The notes under the pieces are model-generated. The model was not told where the DNA came from, did no database searches, and was given only the letters and a program-made list of their open reading frames with translations. A program made the translations under genes and the position numbers. Below, piece after piece: positions 51,151 through 62,100 of a DNA stretch of 64,000 nt (position 1 is the first letter of the stretch; every line of letters begins with the position of its first letter). Origin of the DNA: Lama guanicoe (taxonomy: Eukaryota); contig MU053379.1 of the NCBI GenBank assembly GCA_013239625.1, positions 4,173,229 through 4,237,228 on the forward strand, in the 5' to 3' direction.

Positions 51151-53559
51151 GGAGAGCGGTGGGAGCTGAGGTTGGGCACCAGATGAAACGTGGCCCTAAA
51201 CCAGAGCCTCTCGCTCACTCCTCCAGCACCAGCCACTCAGCTCAGTAAAGACAACATCCCACCTCCAGGCTCACTGAATCATCAGCACAGAAATCTATCC
51301 AGAAGAGGGTAAGACCCAGAAATGAGACCAGGAGAGGGCTTGGCCAGGCCCTAAAGATGCCACAAACCTTCCACAGTACTTAAAATGTACTTCAAGTGGC
51401 CCTAGAACAAAAGCATCGCTTTTAAAGATGAAAGGAAAAAGAACTGAAACTTTTCCGTGGTGACAGTGGGAAAGGTGAATGAAATTTTCTTTTTGAACAC
51501 CTACTGTCACCAAGAAAAAAAATGACCTGGTTATAACCCACAGAATGCTGGAGAGACACATGTAACTTCTTTAATGTCTCAGAGTCTCCACCAAGTTGTT
51601 TAAAACATTTTTAAACGTGGACAACCAAAGGAAAAAAATCTCTAGAATTCAATAAACATAGGGCCCAGACAGGGGCCCATGGCGCCTTTATCACAGGATA
51701 CATGCAAGCAGAGGGCCCACACTCACTCCATACATGTTCCAACTTTTCTTGACTTGAAAACGTTTTCCAATGCATTTCCTCAGCATGCCCTTGCTATCTG
51801 ACGGTGAGAATTCCGTGTCCTAGTTCCGTTTTTTCTGCCCAGTTCTTATACACACACAGACCGTAATACCAAGGAGGGAAGCAGGTTTCTTTTAAAGAAA
51901 CGCAGGAACAGTCACCCTGTGCAACAGCTTTGTGACGATCTCCTTTAAGACAGCAGCCATCACACCCGCGCAGACGGACGCCGGGCCTCGGTTCCGCGCA
52001 CGGCTCCAGGCGGCACCGGCAGCGGCCGCGGCCGGGCGCTGAGGTACGTGGACTTCATGAGAATCAACCTGGGTGTTCAAAGGCACCTGATGGTCTTTGC
52101 CAGAGATTCTACAGTGGAGTCACAGCTCAACACAGGGGGCATTTGGTCTCGGTGAAGCCAGGCTGGGCTTCTTCAGTGTCATTTTGAAAGAAACTGCCCA
52201 CTGGCTGCGGAAATGACTGTTCCTTGTCTCAACCACTTAAAAGTTCGAAAGAAATGTCCTCAGCCCAGCACGGGAAAGTGTTTTATTTCCCAGCTCACTC
52301 AGACTTTTAAAATGATTGATGCCGGCAGTGGACACACTCAGATAAATCCGGGGACGCGTTGGGTGATCTCTGCACACTGATTTGCGAGTTTATGAGGCCA
52401 GAGAACGTTCGCAGAAGTCCATTTGATTTCATTATGCTTTCCTCTGGGACGACGGGAAGAGGGAAGGAGCGGCAAGGAACGCCAGGACTCCTCTTGCTTT
52501 GAGGAGAAGGTTAGCCTCCATTTTCAAGTAGTTTGAAGGAGTTCGGTGCCGGCTGTCCTGGAGACGCAGGACTGGGACCAACAGCAAATACGAAGGGCAG
52601 TGCCTTTACAGCTGTGAGCTGCTTTTTTCTTTTGACCGAGAAAGTTGGAATAACATTAAGAAAAGTGCCTCCCCCCAAAAAAAAGGAGGGGAGAAGATTA
52701 TTACACAGTTTGCTGGATTTCCCATGGAGTGATTGCTCACAAATCATGGGATACCAGATTTCACAACTTTCAATGCTCCTGTCCCAGCTGAGAAGCCTTG
52801 TCGCGCCCCCAACACAGGCCTGAGTCGCTATGAGGTTTGAGTCAGGGGAGAAGACTTGGAGCCACACGCCATGGCGTGGGGTGAAATTAAATAACGCGCC
52901 TGATGCCAGCGTCTGCTGGGAGCTGATTTCTGTTCACATCTTCCTCCTATTTTTGCCCGCGTCCTGCAGCTCCTGGCTCCTGTGTCCACATGCAGATGGC
53001 TACATTCTCATACTGGGCACCCAGAGAAGGTCACATGCTTTACATCAATGGCAATTAGTTGCCTTTTTAAAATGGAAAATGTCATTAAGTTCTTGAATAA
53101 TTCAAGAGTAGAGGTCACAATACAGTGTCCCTTTTGGGGGTCTTTATGGTGCAAATGGCAAAACAAGGCGATCCTATCAGCAAGAGTAGATCAGAGGTTT
53201 ACAATGTGCTCTATTTAGTGTGACAGGAAAATTAAATTACACGAGGCACTCATTCATCGTCACCCGTTAACAGGCTTGGGAAAACTGTGGATCCCGGGGG
53301 GCAAATCACTGATAAATAAAAACGTCATTTTCCTTGGCTGCCGTTTCCTTTGCTCGGTTGTGAAAGTAACGAACGTAAACCTGCCCCCTACAACTCTCCT
53401 TGGAAGTGGGGTCCCAGGCCTCCAGACAAGACCATGGCTCACGGACGGGCTAAGAATTCTGGGGGCCGTAGGCCTGCGTTCTGAGCCATGGTTGAGCTGG
53501 TCTTGATCCAGTGGATCCGGGAAAGGAAACGGGGGATGAGTTCACATGAAAACCGACTT

Positions 53560-54480
53560 CCGCGGCTCCCCACCCCTCCCCTGTGGAGTTGACCCTGCGT
53601 TTCTGGGGCCGGACTGCCCCTTAATCTAGGAGAGCCGAGGAGGAGGCCAGGAGGGAGCAGAGTAACGCGGGGGCGACCAACCGTCCTCCCTCCCCAGGGA
53701 AGAGAAAGCCCCAGGGCCCTCGGGGCGGGCCGGTCTCGGGCTGCGGGCGGGTGGAGGGTCGCGCAGGGCGCAGGGCCTCTCCACCCGCGCGTCCCGCCGC
53801 CGCCGCGCGCCCCGCGCTCTCGGCACCTGCGGGGCCCGGCGCGGCGTCCCGCTTGTCCCCGAGGCTGGAGGGAGAGGGGCGAGGGCGGGCGGGCGGGGGG
53901 GGGGGAGTAAAATCTGCAGCGCTCGGGCGCCTGCGGCGGGATTGGCCCGGTCGATGGGTGGGCCGCCTGGGGTCGGTCCCCCGCGCTAAGAACTTGGAAA
54001 AAGCAGTGGCCGCCCCTCTGCCTTTTCCAGTTGCTCTTTCCCCTTAAATAATATCGATCTGCCCTGTTCCGGCCTCCTTCATCAAGACCCTGGGATGTCC
54101 CGCGTCGGCCAAGTGAGCACCGAGCGGGGCGAGCCCGAGCTCCCCGGCCCCGCACCTCTCCGCGCTTCGCGCATCTCCGCCGCCTCGGCTCCGGGCGCGG
54201 GGAGGCCCGGCGGCGGCGCGGGGAGGCTGGGCTCGGCATTGGCTCGCACCGCGCCCGACACGCGCCCCGGCTGCGCGGACCTGGGGAGGGGGCGGCGGCG
54301 CGGGGTCCCCGCCCCTCGCCGCAGACCGAGCCCTTCCAGACGCTGCGAATCGTCCCGAAAGAGGGCCCCGGGGGCCGCCCGGTTTCCGAAGCGGGCCCGA
54401 CTTTAGTAACGCTTAGGTAAAGGGAGACGTTTAATTTTTAAGAAAAAGTGACATTGTAGCCTGGTTGCTGCCTCGGCGGG
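53560..54480. promoter_or_regulatory. CpG island
   Basis: About 0.9 kb of very high GC and CpG with GC boxes (ggggcggg) and CCAAT-like attgg at ~53941 and ~54238; flanked by AT-rich blocks. Confidence 0.85.
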
Positions 54481-57400
54481 GATGATGGGCGCCTGAGTCT
54501 CAGGATCTTTGTAGTAGAATTAAAAACAGAATTAAGAATAAATTTCCTTCCTAAGGGTTGGGGGAGCGGGGGAGCGGGGGGGGGGCAATTTAGAGGTTTT
54601 TCATTTTCTAAACGCTTCAATTTAAGCAAACACTCGGGGGCTCCAGGCCGCTGTAATTCCAAAGACAATTTTCCCAGGTTTTAATTTGATTTGCATTTTT
54701 TCAACTTTGATAATATTCAATTTCATGGCTGAATACACAGGTAAACACTGTTAGGTCGTGTTTTTCACCCCTGCTCCAAACAGAATGTCGCCTGCCTGGG
54801 AGCCGCGGGAGGTTGCAGACCCGTCGCAGCCATGTCTGCAGCTTTCTCCTGAGTTATTTTCCCAAACGTAGCCTGGCTCGCCCGGGCCCCAGAAGCGGGG
54901 ATCTATCAAAAACAGCTGAACCGCTCAGCAGGTCTGGGGGGCCCGACCCATTCGTGGCCTAAAGGAAGGAGGCAAACGGACCCCTACTCTACGCAGAAAC
55001 TATTCTATTTTATCCAGAAACATTTTTAAAATTTTATTAGTAGTTTTAAGGAATTGATCCACATACTCGCTTCCCCCAAAAATGCCGTTAGTGTAAATCT
55101 CACAGCTAGAAAGGCAAACACTGAGGAACACAAAGAGACGGTCTTTGTGGCAGAAGTCTAATTAGCACCCTTGAGCTACTTTATCAAACGTAGAATTTAG
55201 AGAAAAGTATGGAGTGCAACTGGGTAATTAGCTTTTGTCACATCAAAGCTGATTTTTAACAAAATACCACTGTTAGTAAGCACGGAGCCAGGATGCTGGG
55301 AGCTGCGTGAGAGCAGCGACACTGAAGACTAACCCCAGTGGACGGCAGTCCTCGGACACACCACACGCCGGACATCGCCCGGGGGGCTGTGGAGCCTCGT
55401 CAAATACGCAGGTGGATTGGCACGTTATAAATCTATCAAAACTCCAAGTGCATGTATGGTGCTTCACAGCATTGTGCTAGAAAGGTGCAAAGAAAGGACA
55501 CACTTCACTGGTTTATCCAGAGGTACTTACATAATAAAATAATTCTCTAGTTTCAGGAACTATCCCTCATTGAAAGAAAAAAAATACATATATCTGCTTT
55601 TTGTCCGTTACTGTGGAATACTCAATACTGCTATTTCTATTTTAAATCCTGAAAATTTACTAATTTGAATGTTTTATTTTCTAGGATTTTTTTAAATTGG
55701 AGAGGTCCTGGATAATGTTAGTGACTAAAAATTTAAAAGAGATTAGAGTTTTGGCATCTGGGAAAGAACAGATCCAGAAATTACATTTGCGAGACTTTCA
55801 AAACAACCTTTTTGCTTGAGGCTGGCTGGTTTTGGAAAACTGGATTGAGGTGATCTCATTTGCAAAATATTTTTTTATCGTATGAAAGGGATTTAAGCAA
55901 GAAAGACAAGAAAGGATTTCATTTGAAATAGTCTCCGCTTTGAAAGAGAAAACGCCTTAATTTTTTTGAAAACACCGTCATAGCAGGCTGACTGCACTGA
56001 ATGTCTTCAGGAAAACTCTTCTTTACCATTTGACTTTAAATGTTTTTTAATATGTAATTATTGAATTTAAACATAGCATTCCTTAGGGTTCGCCTTACTC
56101 TTTTGCACTGTGGGGAACTGGCAGTTACAACTTTCTGTTTATTTCACAGGAGTAGATGGCAGAGTGTGACGTTCCGAAGACAGAGCTCCTCCTGGAAAAA
56201 CAGCTGGGGGGGGGGGCTTGACTGTAACACACCGTCTGCTCAGAGAGTAACTGATCGCACCCCAGAGGGACATCTTTCTCTATCCCTAATTGTGGAGTAA
56301 ATGGGGACCTTGTGAAGAGTCTAAAACGTATATACATCATTAGAGTAAATTTGCCAATTTCACTTGCTTTTACCCCCCAAAGAGGTCTGTGCCCAGGACC
56401 CAGGACCGTGGCCTTGGTGCCAGAGCAGCGCTCAGGCAGCGCTGACGGTGGGTCGCCCCCACCTCCAGCTGTGTGCAGCTGGGTCTGAGCTGCTGCTGGC
56501 CTGGCCCACCGAAGACTGAGGGGCCAGCGGGGCTGGGGGCAGGGGGGCCAGGGAGGAAGGGCGCAGGGCGTCCCTGGAGTGTGTCTTAGCAGGTGGACTT
56601 CCAGAGCTGGCAGCAAAGGGGGCCTAAGTCCCTGTAGGGAACTTTTCTTGCAGACTTAGGACCTTGGGAGGCTGTGTCCTTTGGGAGAGACGTAAGTCCT
56701 CACTGGCTCGGAGGAAGAAGTGGCCCCCCCAAAAGACCCAGCTGCTGGGGGGAGGCTAACTGAGGATGCTACAGAGGGCCTGTGGTCTGGCTGTCCCTTC
56801 GAGGCTAACAGGAGACTGAGGGAAGGGAGGAGTGTGGAGGGGGGTGAGAGAGAGAGAGGGAGAGGGATTCCGCTGAACGCAAGGGCGAAATCCCGCAGTT
56901 ACTTTGGGTTGTTTACTGAGTAAGGACAAAATCTAAACAGCGCTTTCCACAGTCAATGATGGGATCGCCTCAGGTTCCAGAGCTGAGCCCCTAAATGAGT
57001 CTGGCGTCCTGATAACTGCAGGTCAGCACCTGAGATCAGCCCTCCCCACCGCTCGATGCTGCAAGAGATAGGGAGGCCTCCTGTTTCTGAGCTCCTGGAA
57101 GGAAGGCAGCGGCGGGAAGGGGATTTAATTGTCTGCCTGGGTGAATCGAAACGTCCTTTTAAAGCAAAGAAATCAAGAGAGATCGGCCTTTAATTGGCAA
57201 ACTCCGCTGGCAGGAGGGGCCCGGGATTGAAGGGAAGAGAGGAGAAGACACCGATCCGCATCCCCCAGCTCGCGGACCCCACGGACAAGCCCTGGGAACG
57301 CGCCTCCACTCCGCTGCCGTCCAAGAAAGCTGGGTGCCTGGTCTGCCCATGGGGCACGGCCCTCCCCACCTCAGGCTAAGGCCTCTGTCATCAGTTTGGG

Positions 57401-60400
57401 GGGCGGGGTATGGTTTACTCTAGAACTGCATTCACTTCCAAGCCTCAGTCCTCTGGGAGACCTAGTTGTATGCGGAGCTGGCCTTAGAATCTGGTGGTCC
57501 AGAGCGTCCCCTGAAGTCCCCGAGGGAAGGTGCTGTCTTCAGGAAATCCCACCCCACTGAAAACGGACAGTCCGGGAAGCTTATCTTCCAGCAAGCTGGA
57601 AAGGAAAGGAGACCTCCATGCCGGGGAGGCTGGTGCTCAGCCACCTCTGCCTTGCACACCCGTGTATCTGTATGCAGCTCAACGATGCACACTCGGCTGG
57701 GGTGTCGCTCCTCCCCCAGACTGCAGGCCTACTGAGTGCTGGGTCCCCGCCTCCCTCCGTGTTGGAAGCAGTTCAGGCAGCCTGGGCCAGCATCCTCTTT
57801 GGGGCCAAACCTAGAGGCAGGTGTTTGTCCGCATCTGCATCCATGTGTGACCTGGGGAGGCAGCTGTGGGGGGCAGGGGTGGGGGCCTGGCGGCTCCAGC
57901 AGCTGTGGCCCCAGAGGAGGTGCCCCCAGCTGTGGGCACTCCAGCGGTGCTGTCACCTGGGCCATAGGGCCACCAGGTGCGGGTCAGGGGGAGGTCAGAG
58001 GCAAGAGGCTCTCAGGACCGTCCTGGTCCCAATCCAGACCCCCCCGCCCCGCCCCACCGGGAGCACAGCTGACAGGCTGCACCTCGTGCGTGGCGTGTTT
58101 TAGGCCCAGATGTCAGGTTCCAGTTTATGCCTCGGGCATTTTCTCTCTCTAATCACACACAAGGCAGGAGCCACCTCTCTGCCAATTCCCTCCCAGCCCC
58201 CTCTCTTCCCGCTCCAGCCATGGCCCCGGAAGGTTGAAGGTTGAAGGTTGTAGGGGAGCGGTCTCGGCCCAGCTGTGACTGATGCTCTGGCCGGGCCAGC
58301 TCTGGGGCCATGGTTGCATGGGAACTCCAACTCCGAGAAAGAGAGAAGCCAGCCTGACCCCAGACACAACCCACCTGACCCCTTCTGGGACTGCGGGCGG
58401 GGCCTCTGCCCTCCTTCCAGGGGGTGCCCGGCCTCCTCCTCTGGCCACCTTCTTGTTTGTCTCTAGACGTTTCGGCCTCCCCCTTTGCCACCAGCAAGTC
58501 ACTTTGAAAATTTGAGGGTCCTGGCGAAGACAGGCTTCCTACTGCGCTGGAATCAGAGAGGTCTGTGCCCAAGTCATACGAAGAAGCCAAGAGAAGCTGA
58601 GAAGAACGCAGAGATGAAAGGCTTGAGCTCAGCGCTGCGCTCTGGGACCGGAGCCTTTCCCCAGACTTCTGAGGCCCTTCTCCCATTAACCCGCAATGGA
58701 GACCACACTGGGGGTGGTGGGTGGGATTCGGTTGTGATGAAGGAAAGAGGAGGGGACGTTCAGGGGCTGGGGCGAGGGTGGGAGAGACACTAAGGTGCTG
58801 GAAAGAAGGGCACCGTTTTGCTGAGAAATGGGCTCCTTTTACTTGGGTGGAGGGTAAATGTTCTCCACCAGCAAGCCGTTGAGGTTGCAACTTCTTTCTG
58901 TGGGTGAGCAGCTAATCGCAACGCAGCGCAGAGCTGCAGGCTAAGTAGACAACACCTGGTGGGGCCGGGCTCCTTTATCTGAAATTTCTGAGACTGGATT
59001 TTACAAAGCGAGGCAAGCAGGACGCCGGAGCAGAGGGGCGCATTGTAGAGCGTCCACAAGCTGACACCCTGATTTCTCCGCTAGAGGTGCCTCTGGCCTC
59101 CTTACAGAGCCTCCTTCAGCCCAGGTCCTGCCCCTCCACCTGCATCCTTCACTGAAAATGTCATTTCAACACCGCCTCCCCTCCCTGGTAATTCAGCTCC
59201 CCCGCTGCCTGTGGCAGAGCTCCCCAGTCCTCTCTGCCAGCCCCTTCCCAAGACTGTGGGATCTGGTTTCAAGTGATGCGCTTTTCACACCCGAATCCTC
59301 AAATTAGGAACCGCATGCTTTTCTTTACACAAACAAAAATTTCTCAACAAAATCCATGATGTAGTTATGTCTGCTTTGCGAAAGGAGAAGGCATACTGAG
59401 TCAACGTCATATGTCTAATGAAATAAGAAGTCGAAACGTACGCACATGCAGTCTGACATGGATGTGCCGGGGCCACTGCCACCTTGGTCTGAAAAACATT
59501 CGTGCTTCTTCTCGGAACCTGGGTTTTTACTGTTTTTTTTTCAAATAAGTGACACAACGGAAAAGCTGGTTTACCCATGAAGCTGAGCAGAAGTGGAACT
59601 AAAACACAGCAAACAATTTTCATTCTGAAGTTTTAATCTACAAAATACTCCAGGACTTTCCCCTCACGCATAGCTGTTTGTGAGGCTGAAATTGCCCCCA
59701 GTTCACCTGACGTGTTGAAGTTTAGTAAGTCCGGCCTTGCCGGCAGGAACGTCAGTGCCGCCAATGAGCTTCAGGAGAGAGCTGGGCCCCAGGCACTCGC
59801 CCTCGTGAGAGCTGAGAACCCCTGGTTTTGCATGAATGGCTGCAACTTAGTTTGTGTTGCAGTTTGCAGCGCTCTGGCTATCGGCTGTGTTCTCTGCCAG
59901 TAAAATACCCACCTTCTTTAGAGAAAGAGAGAGAGGTGTGTGAAGGGTAAGTCAGTCAATGCCTTTTAACGGGAACCTGGCGAGGAGCGGGCATGAGTGA
60001 CAGTGACATCTGACCAGTGTCCGTGTCTTATTGGCAATGAGCTCAGAGCTCTGAGGAGCCACCACGGATGTGAAAATTAAGCACACTGCTGTGAAGATGG
60101 GCCTGTGAAACCACCCTGTCCTCCCCACCTGTGCACAAGAGGGACCTTGTGGCATTTCCATCTGCAGATGGTACACAAAGAATCTGGACTGAGCCCCAGG
60201 GGTGCCGGGGCTGGGGGCGGGGCGGGGAGGAGTCACCTCCAGTCTGGCAACGAGACCACGGAGGAATGGCAGCTTGTAAGCTAAGCCTCCATCAGTCTCC
60301 CCGGAGACAGCCGGCCTCAACTTGGGTGTTCCCCGCTCGTTAGCCTCAGCCCTCCCATCACACGTTGTTGGTTTTCTGTGTGTGGCTTTCGGTGTGAGCG

Positions 60401-61739
60401 TGTTAGGCCATCAGCAGATACAATGGCAGGAGGGGGTGGGGGGGCACCCGCGGTTGTTTTAAAGAAGAAAGGAGAGAAAGGATGAGAGCGCAGGCAGGAA
60501 GGCTGTGAGCAGAATGGGGAAGATGCCCAGGCTTTAGGCTTCCGAGGCAACCCCTGGAGTGCGGGGGCAGAGCACTCCCTGGGGGCTTCATCTAAGGGAC
60601 AAGCAGCGCTCCAGGAGCTGGGGACCCCATGGAGCGCCACCAGGGACACCACCCAGTCCCTGAAGTGTCTGCTTGCTTGTCTCTGGAGGGGCACCTGTAA
60701 CATCCTGCCCACATCCGATGCATCTCATCAAAGAGGAATTTCTCAAAAAAATCCGAATGATTGTGGCCACTGGGGGAAGGACAGGCTCCCAGGGGTGGGG
60801 AGCGGGGGGCCTCGCACACACAAGCAGGTTCAGGCGGGCCTCTCCTCGTCCATTAAACACTGCTTCTGCAGCTCTCCTGGGGATCTTCTCCTCCGCCACA
60901 CGTCTCCTGTCCCTCTCTTCTCAGAGGTGGCAGAGGCAGTGAGAAACGTGTGGTCTGAAGCTGTAACACAAAGAGGGTGCTGTCTTTGCCGCTGAGGCGC
61001 GGTGTGTGTGGGTGCAGTGCGTTGTCTTCACTCACAAGGGGGCACGTGAGGCTCTGAGACCCCCAGGCATCTGTCTGCTTATTGTAAAGAGGACATTTGA
61101 TGCGGGAAGGAAGAGAAGATGGGTAATTAAATCAGTCACCTTTGGAAGAACTCGTGCTTTTGTTTTTTGTTTTTATCATTTCGCTGTAGCATCCCTGGGC
61201 CCGCCTGCGTTGCCACGGTGCTATGGCCAGGGCTGGTGTCCACTGTGTCCCTGACCCAGCAGAGGCATTCAGGGTCTGAAACCTTGCTCTTCTGCTGCAG
61301 CGGAGGCAGCGCAGTGGGGCTGGTGGCGTGAAGGGGTGTGTATGGGGGCGGTGTCCCCTCTGGGCAGCCAGATGCGTGCGGTGCCTGTAGGTTTTGGACA
61401 CCAGCCGGTCCCACTGTTCTGCAAGGCCGGGTCCACGATGGGGGCAGGTGTGGGGCTCAGAGACGCTTCCCTTCCTATCTGCTCGCAGAAGGTGAAGATT
61501 CCCGGCCCCAAAGGCCCTAGTGCGTCCTCAAGACCGCTTCTGTCTGCACGTTTCAGGTCTGGTCTCGGCGACGCCCACACCAAGCTGGGAGGCCCTCCAG
61601 GCCCCCAGAGCTTGGCAGGGTGCGCTGCCCCAGAGGAAACCAGTTATCCCAAGGCACCTCCGGGTGCCTCCTTGGGCAGACATCGCCCCCCCCTGCCCTA
61701 GTGAACGTTCCCTCTCGCTTCTCCTCGCCCCACCCCCGC

Positions 61740-62100
61740 ATTAAAAGGCCCCCAAAGCACTGAGGACCGGCTTCTCTTCATAAAGCCGAGAGAAGGCGCG
61801 CGATAAACATCAAGCGTTTAAATTGGCCATTTGGAAGATTACATCTCTTCAGCAAGGGTCTTTCTTTCAAAACTTGCACTGAATTAAGGGCCGCGGCCAT
61901 TCCACGCCGGCTCTCAAAGGCCGGGCACCCTTTAATGCGGCTGTGGACTGGGCCGGGCTCGGTGACCGGCCGCCATCAAAGGCCCGAGGGAAGGCCGTGG
62001 GGGGACACCGTCTAATGACAAGTAATTGACGGATTCGAGGCCGCGCATTACCAGCCGAACGGGGAGGCATTAATTATTTAAAAACGATTAGCCTCGCGTG
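61740..62100. promoter_or_regulatory. Candidate enhancer at the CpG island edge
   Basis: CGATAA (61801), TCF/LEF ATCAAAG (61975-61981), CTAATGACAAGTAATTGA and CATTAATTATT homeodomain clusters. Confidence 0.5.
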
